A program made the translations under genes and the position numbers. This document shows positions 12,209-24,960 of a stretch of DNA of 64,000 bases, in pieces. Where the stretch lies: NCBI GenBank assembly GCA_951406725.2, contig OX597825.1, positions 19,344,001 through 19,408,000 on the forward strand, in the 5' to 3' direction. The DNA comes from Octopus vulgaris (lineage: Eukaryota). Each line of letters opens with the position of its first letter. The stretch's first letter is position 1. The notes under the pieces were generated by a model. That model worked only from the letters and a program-made list of their open reading frames with translations. It did not search any database and was not told where the DNA came from.

Positions 12209-12298
12209 CGTTACGAAATCTTTGACTTTAATGCTAACACATCCAACTGGATCTTTTTTCTTGGATGTGTTAGCATCAAAGTCAAAGATTTAATAACG
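12209..12298. repeat. Near-perfect ~38-bp-stem hairpin with 14-nt loop
   Basis: aaatctttgactttaatgctaacacatccaa pairs with ttggatgtgttagcatcaaagtcaaagattt. Confidence 0.85.
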
Positions 12299-12317
12299 AG
12301 GACAGCGATTGTATCTA

Positions 12318-12394
<77 letters not shown>

Positions 12395-12409
12395 CTCTAT
12401 CTATCTATC

Positions 12410-12505
<96 letters not shown>

Positions 12506-12512
12506 CATATAT
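12318..12512. repeat. (TCTA)n then (TA)n microsatellite
   Basis: Directly visible. Confidence 0.95.
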
Positions 12513-12519
12513 AAAATAT

Positions 12520-12718
12520 GACCTCGTGTGTACCGTTGGCGATGTTTCTCCTCTGACTTCCCTTCTCTGGATCTTTCCTTCTCCTATGTTTCTGACGAAG
12601 AGCTCCGCTCGAAACGTTAAACCCTCCTTCTTTCCTTCTTTCCTGAGCGTCCAATAATACTATATTTGTTCCACGTCCTCGCGTTGTTGTGTTTTTTTTT
12701 GTGTTTTCTTGTTTGGAT

Positions 12719-12723
<5 letters not shown>
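12520..12723 (+). mobile_element. Short element in (TA)n with minimal hammerhead motif (family P1); probable Penelope-like terminal fragment
   Basis: Three copies in window (12520, 27403, 31400), all ending ttggattaact followed by (TA)n; motif at 12588-12622. Confidence 0.75.
12588..12622 (+). ncRNA. Minimal type-I hammerhead ribozyme motif
   Basis: gttt CTGACGA a gagc tcc gctc GAAA cg TT aaac: intact core, stem II gagc/gctc, stem I gttt/aaac, palindromic ACGT stem III. Confidence 0.7.
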
Positions 12724-12772
<49 letters not shown>

Positions 12773-12863
12773 TATATAATAATATTAAGGAGTTTTTCCA
12801 AACATACAAGGACAAAATAGATTTAGGATTAAATCTAATTTTACAGCATAAATATATATATTA

Positions 12864-13020
12864 AATTAGAGATAAAACCACTATTAGGCAAATCATTTAT
12901 ACTTATTTTTGAATTTTATATTTTATATATTTTGTATATTATATTAATTAATTTTATTTCTATGTTTTTGTTTATGTTTTTCACTGCTTGATTTGCCTAA
13001 TAGTGGTTTTATCTCTAATT
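12864..13020. repeat. 32-bp perfect inverted termini of family P4 element between (TA)n tracts
   Basis: aattagagataaaaccactattaggcaaatca (12864-12895) versus its reverse complement (12989-13020); similar ends at ~38605-38625 and ~61366-61396. Confidence 0.75.
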
Positions 13021-13271
13021 AAATATATATATATATATATATATATCGATATATGCTTTGTGTTCTTGAGTAAAACATTTCATTTTCGATCACTTCGATA
13101 GCTCTACAATCACTTCGATAGCTATATCACGCACCTCTCCAGGTAACGATGATTTGAAGGAGGGGTGAATTAATATATAGCATAAACATTTGATTACTAT
13201 AAACCAATCATTTTTGCAGATTGTTCAACTAGAAATTGTAGCACTATCTTTCTCAGACTACTCAAGAATAC

Positions 13272-13915
13272 CATACATACATACATACATACATACATAC
13301 ATACATACATACATACATACATACATACATACATACATGCGTACATACATACATACATATAAAAATACATAAATACATACATACATATATACATACATGC
13401 ATACACACACATACATACATACATACATACATACATACATACATACATACATACATACATACATAAATACATACATACATACATACATATTGGGGCTTTG
13501 GGATATGTAATACACTGCCAAAATACCAATCTTGAGAAATTAGGCCTCTCAAACCCAGAAAGGGGAAAGCTATTTCGAAGATTGCAGATCCAATCCCACA
13601 CTGGACCAGTAAAAAGCAGTAAAACTTCCCTGAGGTTTATCGTTTAAATACATATGGGCAAACCTAGATATGCAACTATACGCATGAGAATACATACATA
13701 AAGTAAAACACAAATCTGCACATATACATACACACAAACATACATACATACATACATACATGCATACATACATACATGCATACATACATACATACATACA
13801 AACAACCATACATACATACATACATACATACAAACAACCATACATACATACATACATACATACATACATACATACATACATACATACATACATACATACA
13901 TACATACATACATAC
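13272..13915. repeat. Two (CATA)n microsatellite blocks
   Basis: About 13272-13488 and 13740-13915. Confidence 0.95.
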
Positions 13916-15319
13916 AAAATTACCCTGTTGTTGACGTTTAAATTCCAATGACGGAATCTTGGATCTAGTTTAGAAACTGATTTTTTACTTTTTTGGCAAG
14001 AAATCTTGAAATAAAACTGAACAATGACATACATACATATATGTGTGTGTGTGTATGTGTGTATTTTTGCATGTATGTACAGAGAATTGGAGATGTATAT
14101 GGAAATGCGATAAACGTGCGGCGCGCACCTCTTTCCCCCAAATATATAATTTCTTTATCGAAATCTGAATTTTGGTAATGACAATTTAATTAATATATGT
14201 GCAGTATCTAAGTAGGAAGTGGTCAAACGTTAAACACAGTACAAGTAATCTACTTAAATCCTGTCTCTGCTAGTACCTAACATGTATCAAACTCGTTTAT
14301 CAAAATTAATATTAGAGGATCAAGGCGATATATTTTGCCTTTCACTGAAGACAATCAAACTTTTCACCTGTTGAATAAATGAGTAATGTTTTGTGATGTA
14401 CCTACATTTATCAAGAATGTAAATCAAGAAATGTCAGTTGTTTAAAAACAAGTGATATTTATAATTAATATAGTTCGCACAAATGAGCAAATCTTAAGGA
14501 AATCTCAGCTTTGTTATCGTAGTCACGAATATTTGCAAATATTCCGCCATTTTCCATAAACCGCTTTTAACTTTCCTTATAGCTTCAACAATGTAAATCT
14601 GAGCGATAAAAGTTTTGTCTGTAGTACTTGATACACCCTGTATATAGAGTTCGTATTCTCGTATTATATTGATATTTGTCCAATTTAGAAGATTAACAAG
14701 ATGGATTTACTTACGCTTTCTTTACCGGAAACTAATCCCGAATGAAGTCGTAGATACGTGTCAACAAAATAATCTCCTCATTTCAGCCGCATATATTTCT
14801 CATTGTTTTTGTTATCTTATTTTACATGGCAAGTTATAGTTTCGTGTGTATTGTATGATAATGTCCCCAAAATGGTAATTCCTCTCTTAAAATCTAGTGC
14901 AATATATAATGATATCACATTCTTTATCAACGTTTAATATTATAAGCTATATCTTGTTCGAAAGATTTTCTTCAAGAAACATCATAAGTAGTTTCTATTA
15001 CAATTTCTGAGAGTGAGGATCCGTAGTGAAACTTAAAGACATATAGAAACGATTCTGTTACAAAATAGTAAACGAATCACTTGCAAGACCTAACCGATAA
15101 CAGACACGATTGTAAAACATTAAAGAAGGTTAATACAAGGGAACAACATATTTTTCATTTCTTTGTCGATGAGCAAAACGTTTGTGAACAATCTTTAATA
15201 TACAACGAGTGATAAAGACTGAAACGAAATTTATTTATCATGTCACAAATTGAAACATTTTCATTTAGCGAACTTCTAGAAAAACTTACAGGAAGACAAA
15301 AATAAAACCAACCATAAAT

Positions 15320-15480
15320 CGGCACAGGTGTGACTGTGTGGTAAGGTGTTTGATTGCGAGCAAGTCCTGGTACAGTCTCATTGCAGGAGACCTTGACGAA
15401 ATGTCTTCTACTACAGCCCATAGCAAACCGAACCCTTGTGAGTGGATTTGGTAGACGGAAATGCAAATTAGCCCATCGCA
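15320..15480 (+). mobile_element. SINE family A 5' half (diverged)
   Basis: gtgactgtgtggtaagg...ccttgtgagtggatttggtagacggaaa. Confidence 0.75.
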
Positions 15481-15752
15481 TATGAATATATATATATATA
15501 TATATATATATACTTCATAAATGAGGGTGAAAAATTAGATATTAATTTAATAATACCGTCAGTTTAACACCAAGTGGCCTAGCACATAAAAACCAGGGAG
15601 ACAGTACAAATTTATACGTAAATATAAGAGAGTGGTTAACTCCAGTGCTAGAAATAGCTTCTTATTCTGGTATAGCCACCAAAGTTGTTTCCACAGAAGA
15701 AATAACATTACCTTCAACGTAAGGGAAGCGAAATACAACGAAAATATAGATT

Positions 15753-15830
15753 AATGCTGAACAATTGTTTCTTTTTCAACATAATATGCAATTATACTCA
15801 CATATTTGTCTATAAGTCATCGGCAGCATT
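15753..15830 (-). ncRNA. Type-I hammerhead-like motif (U4C variant) in a (TA)n-flanked element (~15512-15870)
   Basis: Minus strand: aatgctg CCGATGA ..aatatgtga gtataa ttgcatatt.. GAAA c aatt g TT cagcatt; 7-bp stem I, palindromic stem III. Confidence 0.55.
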
Positions 15831-15867
15831 TGTCCTAGATACAATTCATCAGACCCTTATATTTACG

Positions 15868-15913
<46 letters not shown>

Positions 15914-15931
15914 TGTATGTGTATGCATGTA

Positions 15932-16012
<81 letters not shown>

Positions 16013-16039
16013 TTGTATATGTGTATAATATACATACCA

Positions 16040-16304
16040 ATTTGATAAAAAAAATGCAGACGGCTAGTTGGATGGATCCTCCAAACTTTCAGAACAAGGG
16101 ACAGTAATGTCCCTTTTCGGGCATACGTCCTCGGCCGCTTAGATTACTGCTCCCAACTATGGTCACCACTCTGTGTAAAACTAACGACGGAGCTCGTGGC
16201 AGTCATGTGGTTTGCACGGGGGCGGGGGTTCTCTTACTACAACGTATCAGCCACTGAGAAAGACTGACGGACTTAAGACTTTTCTTCCTGGAGCGATGGA
16301 GTGA
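16040..16304 (+). mobile_element. CR1-clade LINE ORF2 C-terminal fragment (decayed)
   Basis: Frame reads [36 protein letters not shown] and later ISH*ERLTDLRLFFLER, matching CR1 motifs GWILRTF/RLDYCSQLWSP/YWERL..L.LYSLER. Confidence 0.85.
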
Positions 16305-16485
16305 ATGTGTGTGTGTGTGTGTGTGTGTGTTTGTGTGTCTGTGTTTGTTTCTATAACATCGGAAAGTTGAACTATGAACTTCCATGCGTCTTTTTCTTCT
16401 TTCTTTCCATCTCCTTATTCTTTTACTCTATGTCGTCATCTCATTAATATATACTAATCCCAATTTCCCTATTTTTCCCCTATTT

Positions 16486-16540
16486 GTCTCTGATGACGAA
16501 ATACTCCATACCCGGAATATCCCAGAAACAGCTGTAAGAC
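16486..16540 (+). ncRNA. Type-I hammerhead ribozyme motif (family P3)
   Basis: gtct CTGATGA ..atactcc..ggaatat.. GAAA c agct g TA agac; stem I gtct/agac, palindrome acagctgt, GUA cleavage triplet; stem II decayed. Confidence 0.65.
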
Positions 16541-16758
16541 TTTGAATGTTTTTCTAATAATAATAATATTGTATACCACTTGAGATGTTTGCCTTGCCTT
16601 AATGTTTATTGTCCTCTTTAACAATTGCTCCATAACTACCGTCTCCGCTATAACCTTGGAGCCCTAGTAATCCGTTACAGCACTTACCTAGCTAACCTAA
16701 TCGTTTAGATCATCTGTAAACTAAATCCCCCATACTTTGTATATGTGTGTGTATGTGT

Positions 16759-16798
<40 letters not shown>

Positions 16799-16963
16799 TT
16801 GGATTATATCGTCTTTTTTCTCTCCTTGTTTTTTCTGTGTCCCTTTCTGTAGAAGAGCGTAGGCTCGAAACGTAAAATACTTTTTTCTATTCCTGAGGGT
16901 TACACTAATACATCTGTCTGCTTTGTACACCACTTGTCTTCGTCTTTTTTTTTCGTAAACTCT

Positions 16964-16966
<3 letters not shown>
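16799..16966 (+). mobile_element. Family P2 element in (TA)n with hammerhead-like motif
   Basis: 16843-16878 reads cttt CTGTAGA a gagc gtag gctc GAAA cg TA aaat; homologous to 6021-6218. Confidence 0.7.
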
Positions 16967-17018
<52 letters not shown>

Positions 17019-17065
17019 TATATATATATACCAGATATATATATATACCATATATATATACCAGA

Positions 17066-17279
17066 TCACTCAGCTGTAGAAATGAGTTGCGACGTCACAG
17101 GTGCCAAGCTGTATCGGCCCTTGCCTTTCCCTTGGACAACATCGGTGACTTGGAGAGGGGAGACTGGTATGCATGGGCGACTGCTGGTTTTCCATAAAAA
17201 CAACCTTGCCCAGACTTGTGCCTCAGAGGGTAACTCTCTAGGTGCAAACCCATGGTCAGTGTCTGACCGAAGGGGGTCA
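17066..17279 (+). mobile_element. 5'-truncated SINE-like repeat (central motif shared with family D, different tail)
   Basis: Starts cactcagctgtagaaatgagt, like ccactcagctggcaaaaatgagt in 46000-46253; GC-rich island between (TA)n tracts. Confidence 0.55.
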
Positions 17280-17281
17280 TG

Positions 17282-17327
<46 letters not shown>

Positions 17328-18719
17328 ATGTTTGTGTGTGTATAGGTATGTACATTTATGTATATATATATGTGTGCGAGTAAACATATAAGTATGTATG
17401 CATGCTTGTCTGTGTGAATGTATATATGAATGGATTTATGGATGTGTGTATGTATTAGAGTGTATTTTCACAACAACTACAGAATCGAAAGAGAACGACA
17501 ATTTTGGAAGCATTGCGTTCAGATTTCCAGTTCAATGGAGTAAATACTTCTCTGGACATCATTAAATTACAGACCTGTTGACCAGATCACATAAATTTTA
17601 TTAGGAAAATATAGTATGATAATAATGACACTGGGATTGCTTAAATGCATCACCTTTTCTGTTTTCTATGAAGCACATCTTTTTTCTGTATAAAGCACAA
17701 TTTTATTTCAATGTTTAAGTTGGATTTGAAGTTCATTATATGTCTTGTAAACAGGAGGAATTTGTAGACGAGAGGTGAATAGAATACATCGATTTCCTTT
17801 CTTTATTTAAGTTTATTATCTAATCTCTAATAACGCCATACAAATAACTAAACAAGAGCGCATCTCATGTGGATAGGAGTTTCTGTCAAACTGTCGTGGT
17901 TCATTCATTATTTTGAAGGCTAGTTATTTTATAGAGACGAACATTACTCAAATACACAATACTACAAAGATCAATGCAATTAAAAGCTTCCTCTCAATAA
18001 AAAGCACAAAAATAGTCACACACACTTAATCGAATTTTCGTTATCGAAAGAAAATCCTAAATAACTTGATAAACAATCAATAAAATTGTATATATCATTT
18101 TTTATTTCGGAAAAACTATTAAAGTAAGCCATAATGTTTTATAATTTTAGCATCCATGGGCCTATAAAGATTTATCGTACGTTTAATATTTCTTTCTTTT
18201 CTTCAGCTTTTATTTTCTCCCATCAATGTTTAGTGTTACATTGATTTATTTATATATTTTCTCTCTTTAAATTATTACCGATAAAACTATTTGGCATTTT
18301 ATTGAACGGGAGAGAATACTGACGAGATAAAAGCAATACAAATAGCACCGTAAGCTAAACAATACAAAAGAAAGTAAAAAAAAACAAACAGCAACATTCT
18401 CCTCTTGTCTACCATTTGTTCTATGATGGAAGCCAATAGAGGTTTTATCCAGAGGGCGTATTTAATATTTACTTCTTTTATTCCGTTGCAAGAATGTCGT
18501 TTTCGGATTTATTAGGCCCTCTTTAATCCGTTAAGTGATAACTTAATGTAAATAATTTGACAGCTATATCTTTACATGCTACAGCTCGTGGCAACTAAGA
18601 ATTACAAAATGTTCTTTTTCTTTAAAAAATTTTATTATGTAAATTATTTTAGCCACTTTCCCATCTTTTCGTTTTTGTTGCTGCCATTATTATTATTGTT
18701 ACTGCTATCATTGTTGTTG

Positions 18720-18978
<259 letters not shown>

Positions 18979-19717
18979 GCCAATAATTTAAATCTTTTGA
19001 TCATAGCGATTAGCAAGGATGGTTTCGTTGAAAATCATTCCTTGAGTTGCATTTGACCACAAACGCATTACGTTAGAGTTTTCAAAGACTTCCCAAGTAT
19101 TTCTGCTGCTGCTGCTGCTGCTGTTTCTACCGCTACTAAGTTGCTACAAATGTTCATATTACGCATTTTTATTTTTGAAGGACGAAAAGCGGAATAGATA
19201 GTAGAAAAGTAAAGGAAGAAGTATTTCTAAGAGACAAAATGCTTCGTATTTGAGGTCGAGTGCTATATCTTACTTAACAGATCCCATTCTGTGAAGGTTT
19301 GATACTTTATCGATCCCTGACCAATGAAAGCAAAATTTTGCATGAATCACATAAAATAATGCTCATATAGTATAGAACTAAGAAATATTAGACTTTAGAT
19401 AATTCTTTTCTTTTTCACTCTTATCAGCTCATTTTTAGAGTAAACCTCTGCGGTAATATTCCGCAGAAAAAATGTAGAATTTTGCACACTTTACTAGATG
19501 ATATATTTCATTTGACTCGTGGTTTCTATATATGCAAGGGTAAATTTGATGATCACCGTGTATCATCAGTTTTCAACTATAGGCAAATCTAGTAATTTCT
19601 ATCTGTAACAATTTAATCTACGCATTTTCTCTTTTCACAGCATTTCAGTTTTGATTGTCGTGACTGATCTCAAACCCCGTCTTTGTTAATATTTCAAAGA
19701 CCCTTACGTAGGGACAT

Positions 19718-19885
19718 GGTAGAAATGTTACCGCACCTGCATTTTGTCAGTCTATTTGATCTAAGTTCAAATTTCTCCGAGGTCGACCTTGCATTTCGTC
19801 CCCTCGGAGGTCGATAAAATAAGTACCATTTGGACACTGGATGGGTTGTTGTTGTTGGTGGTGATGGTGGGGTGATGTAATTGAG
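19718..19885 (+). mobile_element. Old SINE family B-related copy
   Basis: aagttcaaatttctccgaggtcgaccttgcatttcgtcccctcggaggtcgataaaataagtacc. Confidence 0.65.
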
Positions 19886-20966
19886 TGACCCTTTCGCTCG
19901 AAGTTTCCGGTCTTACGTCAAAATTTGAAACCAGTATTTCGAAATCTCGTGTGTCAGAACATGTACTTCAGCATGAATGTAGTAAGGAGTTGTATTTAAC
20001 CACTGAAAACATATTTTTAAACCTGTTGCTGCAGCTGCGACAAAAGTAGTGGCAGCAGTTCCAGCAGAAGCATCGACAAGAAGACTACCAGCACCATAAA
20101 TGATAGTAACTACAGAAGCAAAACTTGTCAACCAAGTGAACATACAACTAAATATCTATCTCTCTTCTTTTCTCCCTTTTTTAAGTAAAAGCACACACAT
20201 AGACGCGCCACATGAGAACATATCTCCTTCACCAATATCATCGAATCTTTCGAAAGGGGAAATCTCATATTTCTAAGAGAAGGAGCAACCACGAATATAG
20301 AATTAAAAAAGGCAATACTTTTTTTAGAAACTTACACTCTCTCTAAATAAACTACATAATTATAATGTTATGACTAAAAATTACACTCACACAAAACAGA
20401 CAAATCCACAAGAATCTCATTACTTTCATCAGCAGGACACTCCTAAACAAAAAGCAAATGCTTGCAGTATCAGCAACGGTAACCAGACACAAATATATCA
20501 ACATCAATAAACATCACCCAGACAAGACTTGGAACTGATAAATATCATGAATAACTAAACAAAAAACACAGATTGAAACGGAGCGAGCGATCTTCCGAAC
20601 CAGCTTCTTTCAACTTACCAAAAATATGAAATAAATAAAGCTGAACTTGTGGACATGTCGTAAATGAGGGACAAGTCTTAAATATGCGGTAAGCCTCAAC
20701 TCTAAGGCTCCCAAATAACTTTCGAAAGAACCCTAAAATTTCATGGAGACCAAAAAAGCCCGGTCTCAAGACCCATCAGATGTGTAAGTAACCCGATTCT
20801 TTTTTTTTTCTACTAACATATCAGCACTGAGATAAATATACGTGGCCTGGGGTCACCTGAATTCAGAATCGCCGGCTCGGATCACGAGGTTTATATAGAA
20901 CCAGGATTACCGGCACACACGTTTTAGCACCTAGCTTTGGCTTGTCTTCCTCGGCCTGAAAAGGGG

Positions 20967-21550
20967 TTTACTTAGCAGTGTTGTTTCCGAAAAAAACTTA
21001 CATTTACGAAGTTATTTCACGTTAAAATTGTCCTATTTCGGTAATTTTAACCAATCAACGACGTATATTTAGCTGAATAAAATGACTGCTGTTGTTTGTC
21101 AACAACAACTAACGTCGGTGTATTTTTCGTTTGTCACTGTTATTTATGACATCGTTCGTGCGATTGTACTGGTTTTAGCTTCAAGGTTTTAGAGTTAGGG
21201 TTAGGGTTTTAGGGTTAGGGTGTTAAGGTTAGGCTTTTAGGGCTAGAGTTAGAGTTTTAAGGTTAGGGTGTCATAAATAACAGTGACAAACGAAATATAC
21301 ACCACCGGAGGTTCATGTTGGCAAACAACAGCAGTAATTTTATTCTGTTGAATACACGTCATTGATTGGCTGAAATTACCGAAATAGGACTACTTTAACG
21401 TGAAATAACATCGTAAATATAAATTTTTCTCAAAAATTGCTAAGAGTAAAAGATGTTTTATATGACACATTCTACCAGTGTCCGAAGTTTAAAAGTGTTT
21501 AGTCACAAAAAGTTATTCTTTTAAATCTGTAGGTCTAAAGGTAAAGATCC
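20967..21550. mobile_element. Foldback/MITE with central TTAGGG-like array; left terminus missing
   Basis: Inverted arms 21002-21151 and 21269-21418; degenerate (TTAGGG)n at 21183-21268; right end ...aaagatcc homologous to MITE 50129-50432. Confidence 0.8.
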
Positions 21551-22314
21551 AGTTGTAACACTTTGGATATGCTTCTGAGTTACGGTCGAAATGTTGTTAC
21601 GGTCGAAAGCACATAAAACATTTAACAAAAAAATGTGAGAAACACATATTGATTCTAGCTGCACTTTTAGTCATATGGTGATTCCAGTGAAGGACATCTG
21701 TACGCATTGAGGTGAGCCCCTGATATGTTTTAAATAGAAATACTGCAATTTATTATAACTCGATGTTATTGATCTAGAAGAGAAAATTCCAGAATGATTT
21801 CCTGATTGCGTCTCATGTGTCATATGTCTTTCTAATCTATCATATTTCTATAGAATCTGATGTTTTTTCCCTGTCTATTTATTGGATTCGGTTTCTTTTG
21901 TTTGGATATGTCTTCCCCTGACGTAAACGTTTACTTGGTTTTGATAATATTTGTTTCACAATTTCCAGTTTATTGGAAGAAACAATCTCTTTCTTTAAAC
22001 TGTATCATAAAACATGCCTTGACAAGATCATATTCTCTATATGACAATACACAAGGATATACTTGGCGTCAATTTTTTTTCCACCACTTTTCACATTTCA
22101 TGTCCTGCTGCTTCTTTCTGCAGAAATGGAAAGTGTTTTTAGAATTCTTGTTTGTTTGTTTTTTGCTTATTATTTTCATTTATTCCCCTGGTTTTTTTCA
22201 TTTGTCCACTAAGCATGATTTTGATTCGATCAGTTCTGTATTATGTATTGCTTTAATCTCGACCGTCATGTTTCGAGTTACGTTGATTTGCTTCGTGTTA
22301 CGCTTATATTTGGA

Positions 22315-22540
22315 GAGCTGGCAGAAACGTTAGCACGCGGGGCGAAATGCGTAGCCGTATTACGTCTGCCGTTACGTTCCAAGTTCAAATTCCGCCGAGG
22401 TCGACTTTGCCTTTCATCCTCTCGGGGGTCGATAAATTAAGGACCAGTTACGCACTGGGGTCGATGTTATCGACTTAATCCGTTTGTCTGTCCTTGTTTG
22501 TCTTCTCTGTGTTTAGCCCCTTGTGGGTAGTAATTAAATA
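22315..22540 (+). mobile_element. SINE family B copy
   Basis: gagctggcagaaacgttagc...gccccttgtgggtagtaa. Confidence 0.9.
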
Positions 22541-23396
22541 TATATTTTTAGCTGCTTGTGTGGAACCAAGAACAATTTTCTTTATTTATGTGGCTGAGTA
22601 CTTGTTTAGTATGTTAGTAGCTATTTAACTTTTATTCTTGAATAATGAATTCACTACGTACACAAATGTCAGTGTGTGTATTGCAGTTTACTAGTTACAT
22701 GTGCCCCGAAAACTCATACAATGCACGAATGACCATGTACTGTAAGAAATCCCTACTTCAATGTTCTGTTTTTGTCATGTTTTGATATTTATCTAGTCAT
22801 GTGTAGACTACTCTTCTTTTTATGAGTAAATCTGCATGTCAACATGCGGATCTACGTACTACATGTGGCCTTACATTCGTGTTGTACTTCTAACAACATA
22901 CTATAAACTGGAAGGTAAAGAATTTACTGCTTCATATCATTATAAATATCATTGAATTTCACGAATGTGAGAATTTAGAAATATATGTTTTTGTGAGTTA
23001 TTAAAGCTTTAAGAGGATACAATTTCTGAAACTGTCGTAACATGATTCATACTTTAATCATATTGAAATCAAAATACACCACCTTCATATATTCTCCACC
23101 AAATATTTTGCATTTTTTAAACGTATGAAGCATTTGTAATGGGGATACTTTCTGTGGCACTGCATTCGTGATAAGTTTGGTGGCGATAATAGCGGTAGAT
23201 CTATCTGATAGCCGCAGTATACATAATAAAATGTATGTTTTACATGCATACATCCCACATACATGCATACATACATACTTACATGCATAAAAAAGCGTTG
23301 CTTAATGCGACAAATTATCAGAGAGAAGTTCTGACTACTATCCACCGATTTCAAATACTACATTCTTCAACCATGCATTATATTCTTTCACTAATA

Positions 23397-23642
23397 TCAT
23401 CATTATCATCATCATTTAACGTCCAATCATCATTATCATCATTAACGTCCAAATCATACAATCTATGCCATGCTGGCATAGATTGGATGATTTAAAAGGG
23501 AACCAGAGAACAGTTAGGCTGCGTAAAACTCAAATGTCATTTTTGCCATAGTTTCTACGGTTGGATGCCCTCCCTATCGCCAATCATTTTACTGAGTGTA
23601 CTACATGATTTTTACCTGTCACCGGCACTGGTGATGTTGCCA
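23397..23642 (-). mobile_element. Diverged SINE-like repeat (family F) with (GAT)n tail
   Basis: catcatcatttaacgtcc tail and tttctacggttggatgccctccct.. block, recalled as a conserved SINE body motif (GGAAGGGCATCC on minus strand). Confidence 0.55.
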
Positions 23643-24924
23643 TGAAACTTACAAGACAGACAAGAAGAGGGTAAAAGGAATAGGCAAACCTTACACTATT
23701 AGGTGAAAATATTTGGGTGAGGGCTGGATTTATGCCAGTCGTATAATTAAAGGACAACCTCCGGTGTCTTGATATAGAGAACATAAAGAATATCAATCCA
23801 TGACGATGGATTACTCAAATTATTACAGCGTCGGATAAGATATCTTGCTTAATTAGTTTCTAATCTTTGCATCTTAAGAGTAACGTCTGCGAAGACATGA
23901 ATGCTAAACAGTAATAACACAAGATGAAGGACTTTATGATGAATAATGTTAGTAACGTGGAGAGACGAGATTTGAGCCCAAAGCCAACACTAGTCTTTCA
24001 CAAAAATCCAAGCCTAGGCATGCATATATAAATGCAATTAAACGGTTAAGATATGTTTTATTATATTTTTTTCTTTGTAAGGAAATATAAGAAGGTAGAA
24101 AATATTATTTACGAACATTTAATCTCAAATTAATGAAATCAAAGAAGGGTAGTGAATCGATATATGTAAATGAGCAAATGCATTAGGATATCACGCCTGA
24201 AATATGAAAAGGAATTTAATCAAGTCAACATTTGAAATCACAACATTAATGTGAACTACAAAACCCGGCTATTTACACAAACCAATTTTAGGGGAATATA
24301 CGTAATTCTTTATGAAATAAATTAATAAATATATCAATACATGCGGATTGCTTTCAGATAAAGATGAACACACATGCGTACGTAGATGGAATTCATCTCA
24401 TCGAGTATGAAAACTTCCTAAACTCAGTAGTAATGCCATGCTAATCTGAACGGAGTGTAAGAATTTCTTGTGCGTGATTTTTTTTTGTGTGTGTGAGTAA
24501 AGGGGTGCAGATGACGAACCCACATTTCAGCGCAATCACATGTAATGCTTGGGGCACAACAGAGGTTGCGACGACCAGAAAACGACTGCAGATCAGTTCT
24601 CCTATACAGTTTTGCCTTCATCTAGAAGTATGTTTTTACAAGAAGTAGGCCTATTTCACTTCCAGTAATTCAACAGCTGTTTATTCCATAGCAGGGACAC
24701 TTGTTTCCCTACAACTCAAATGATCTGGAACTTTTATAACAGACCATGAATAGCGGATGCAGTTTAAAGATACCAGAATAATAATCATATATATTGAACA
24801 CATACACACTCATATATGACAGTTTACTATAAATTTAGTTCCAAATAATTATTGCGTAAAATATACATATAATATTAAATTAATTTTTATTACTCTCACT
24901 AATAGGGCTTAATATATATGTATA

Positions 24925-24960
<36 letters not shown>

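Noticed and set aside
14480-14643. gatacaccctgta resembling a Tc1/mariner TIR end
   Set aside because: No partner TIR or transposase remnant found.
19990-20960. Possible exon (donor-like gtaagt near 20784) or L1/Tx1 endonuclease start (INIRGLGSP near 20833)
   Set aside because: Frames close quickly, there are no further motifs, and no gene model can be supported.
21183-21268. True telomere or chromosome fusion site
   Set aside because: The array is short, degenerate, in one orientation and enclosed by transposon-like inverted arms.
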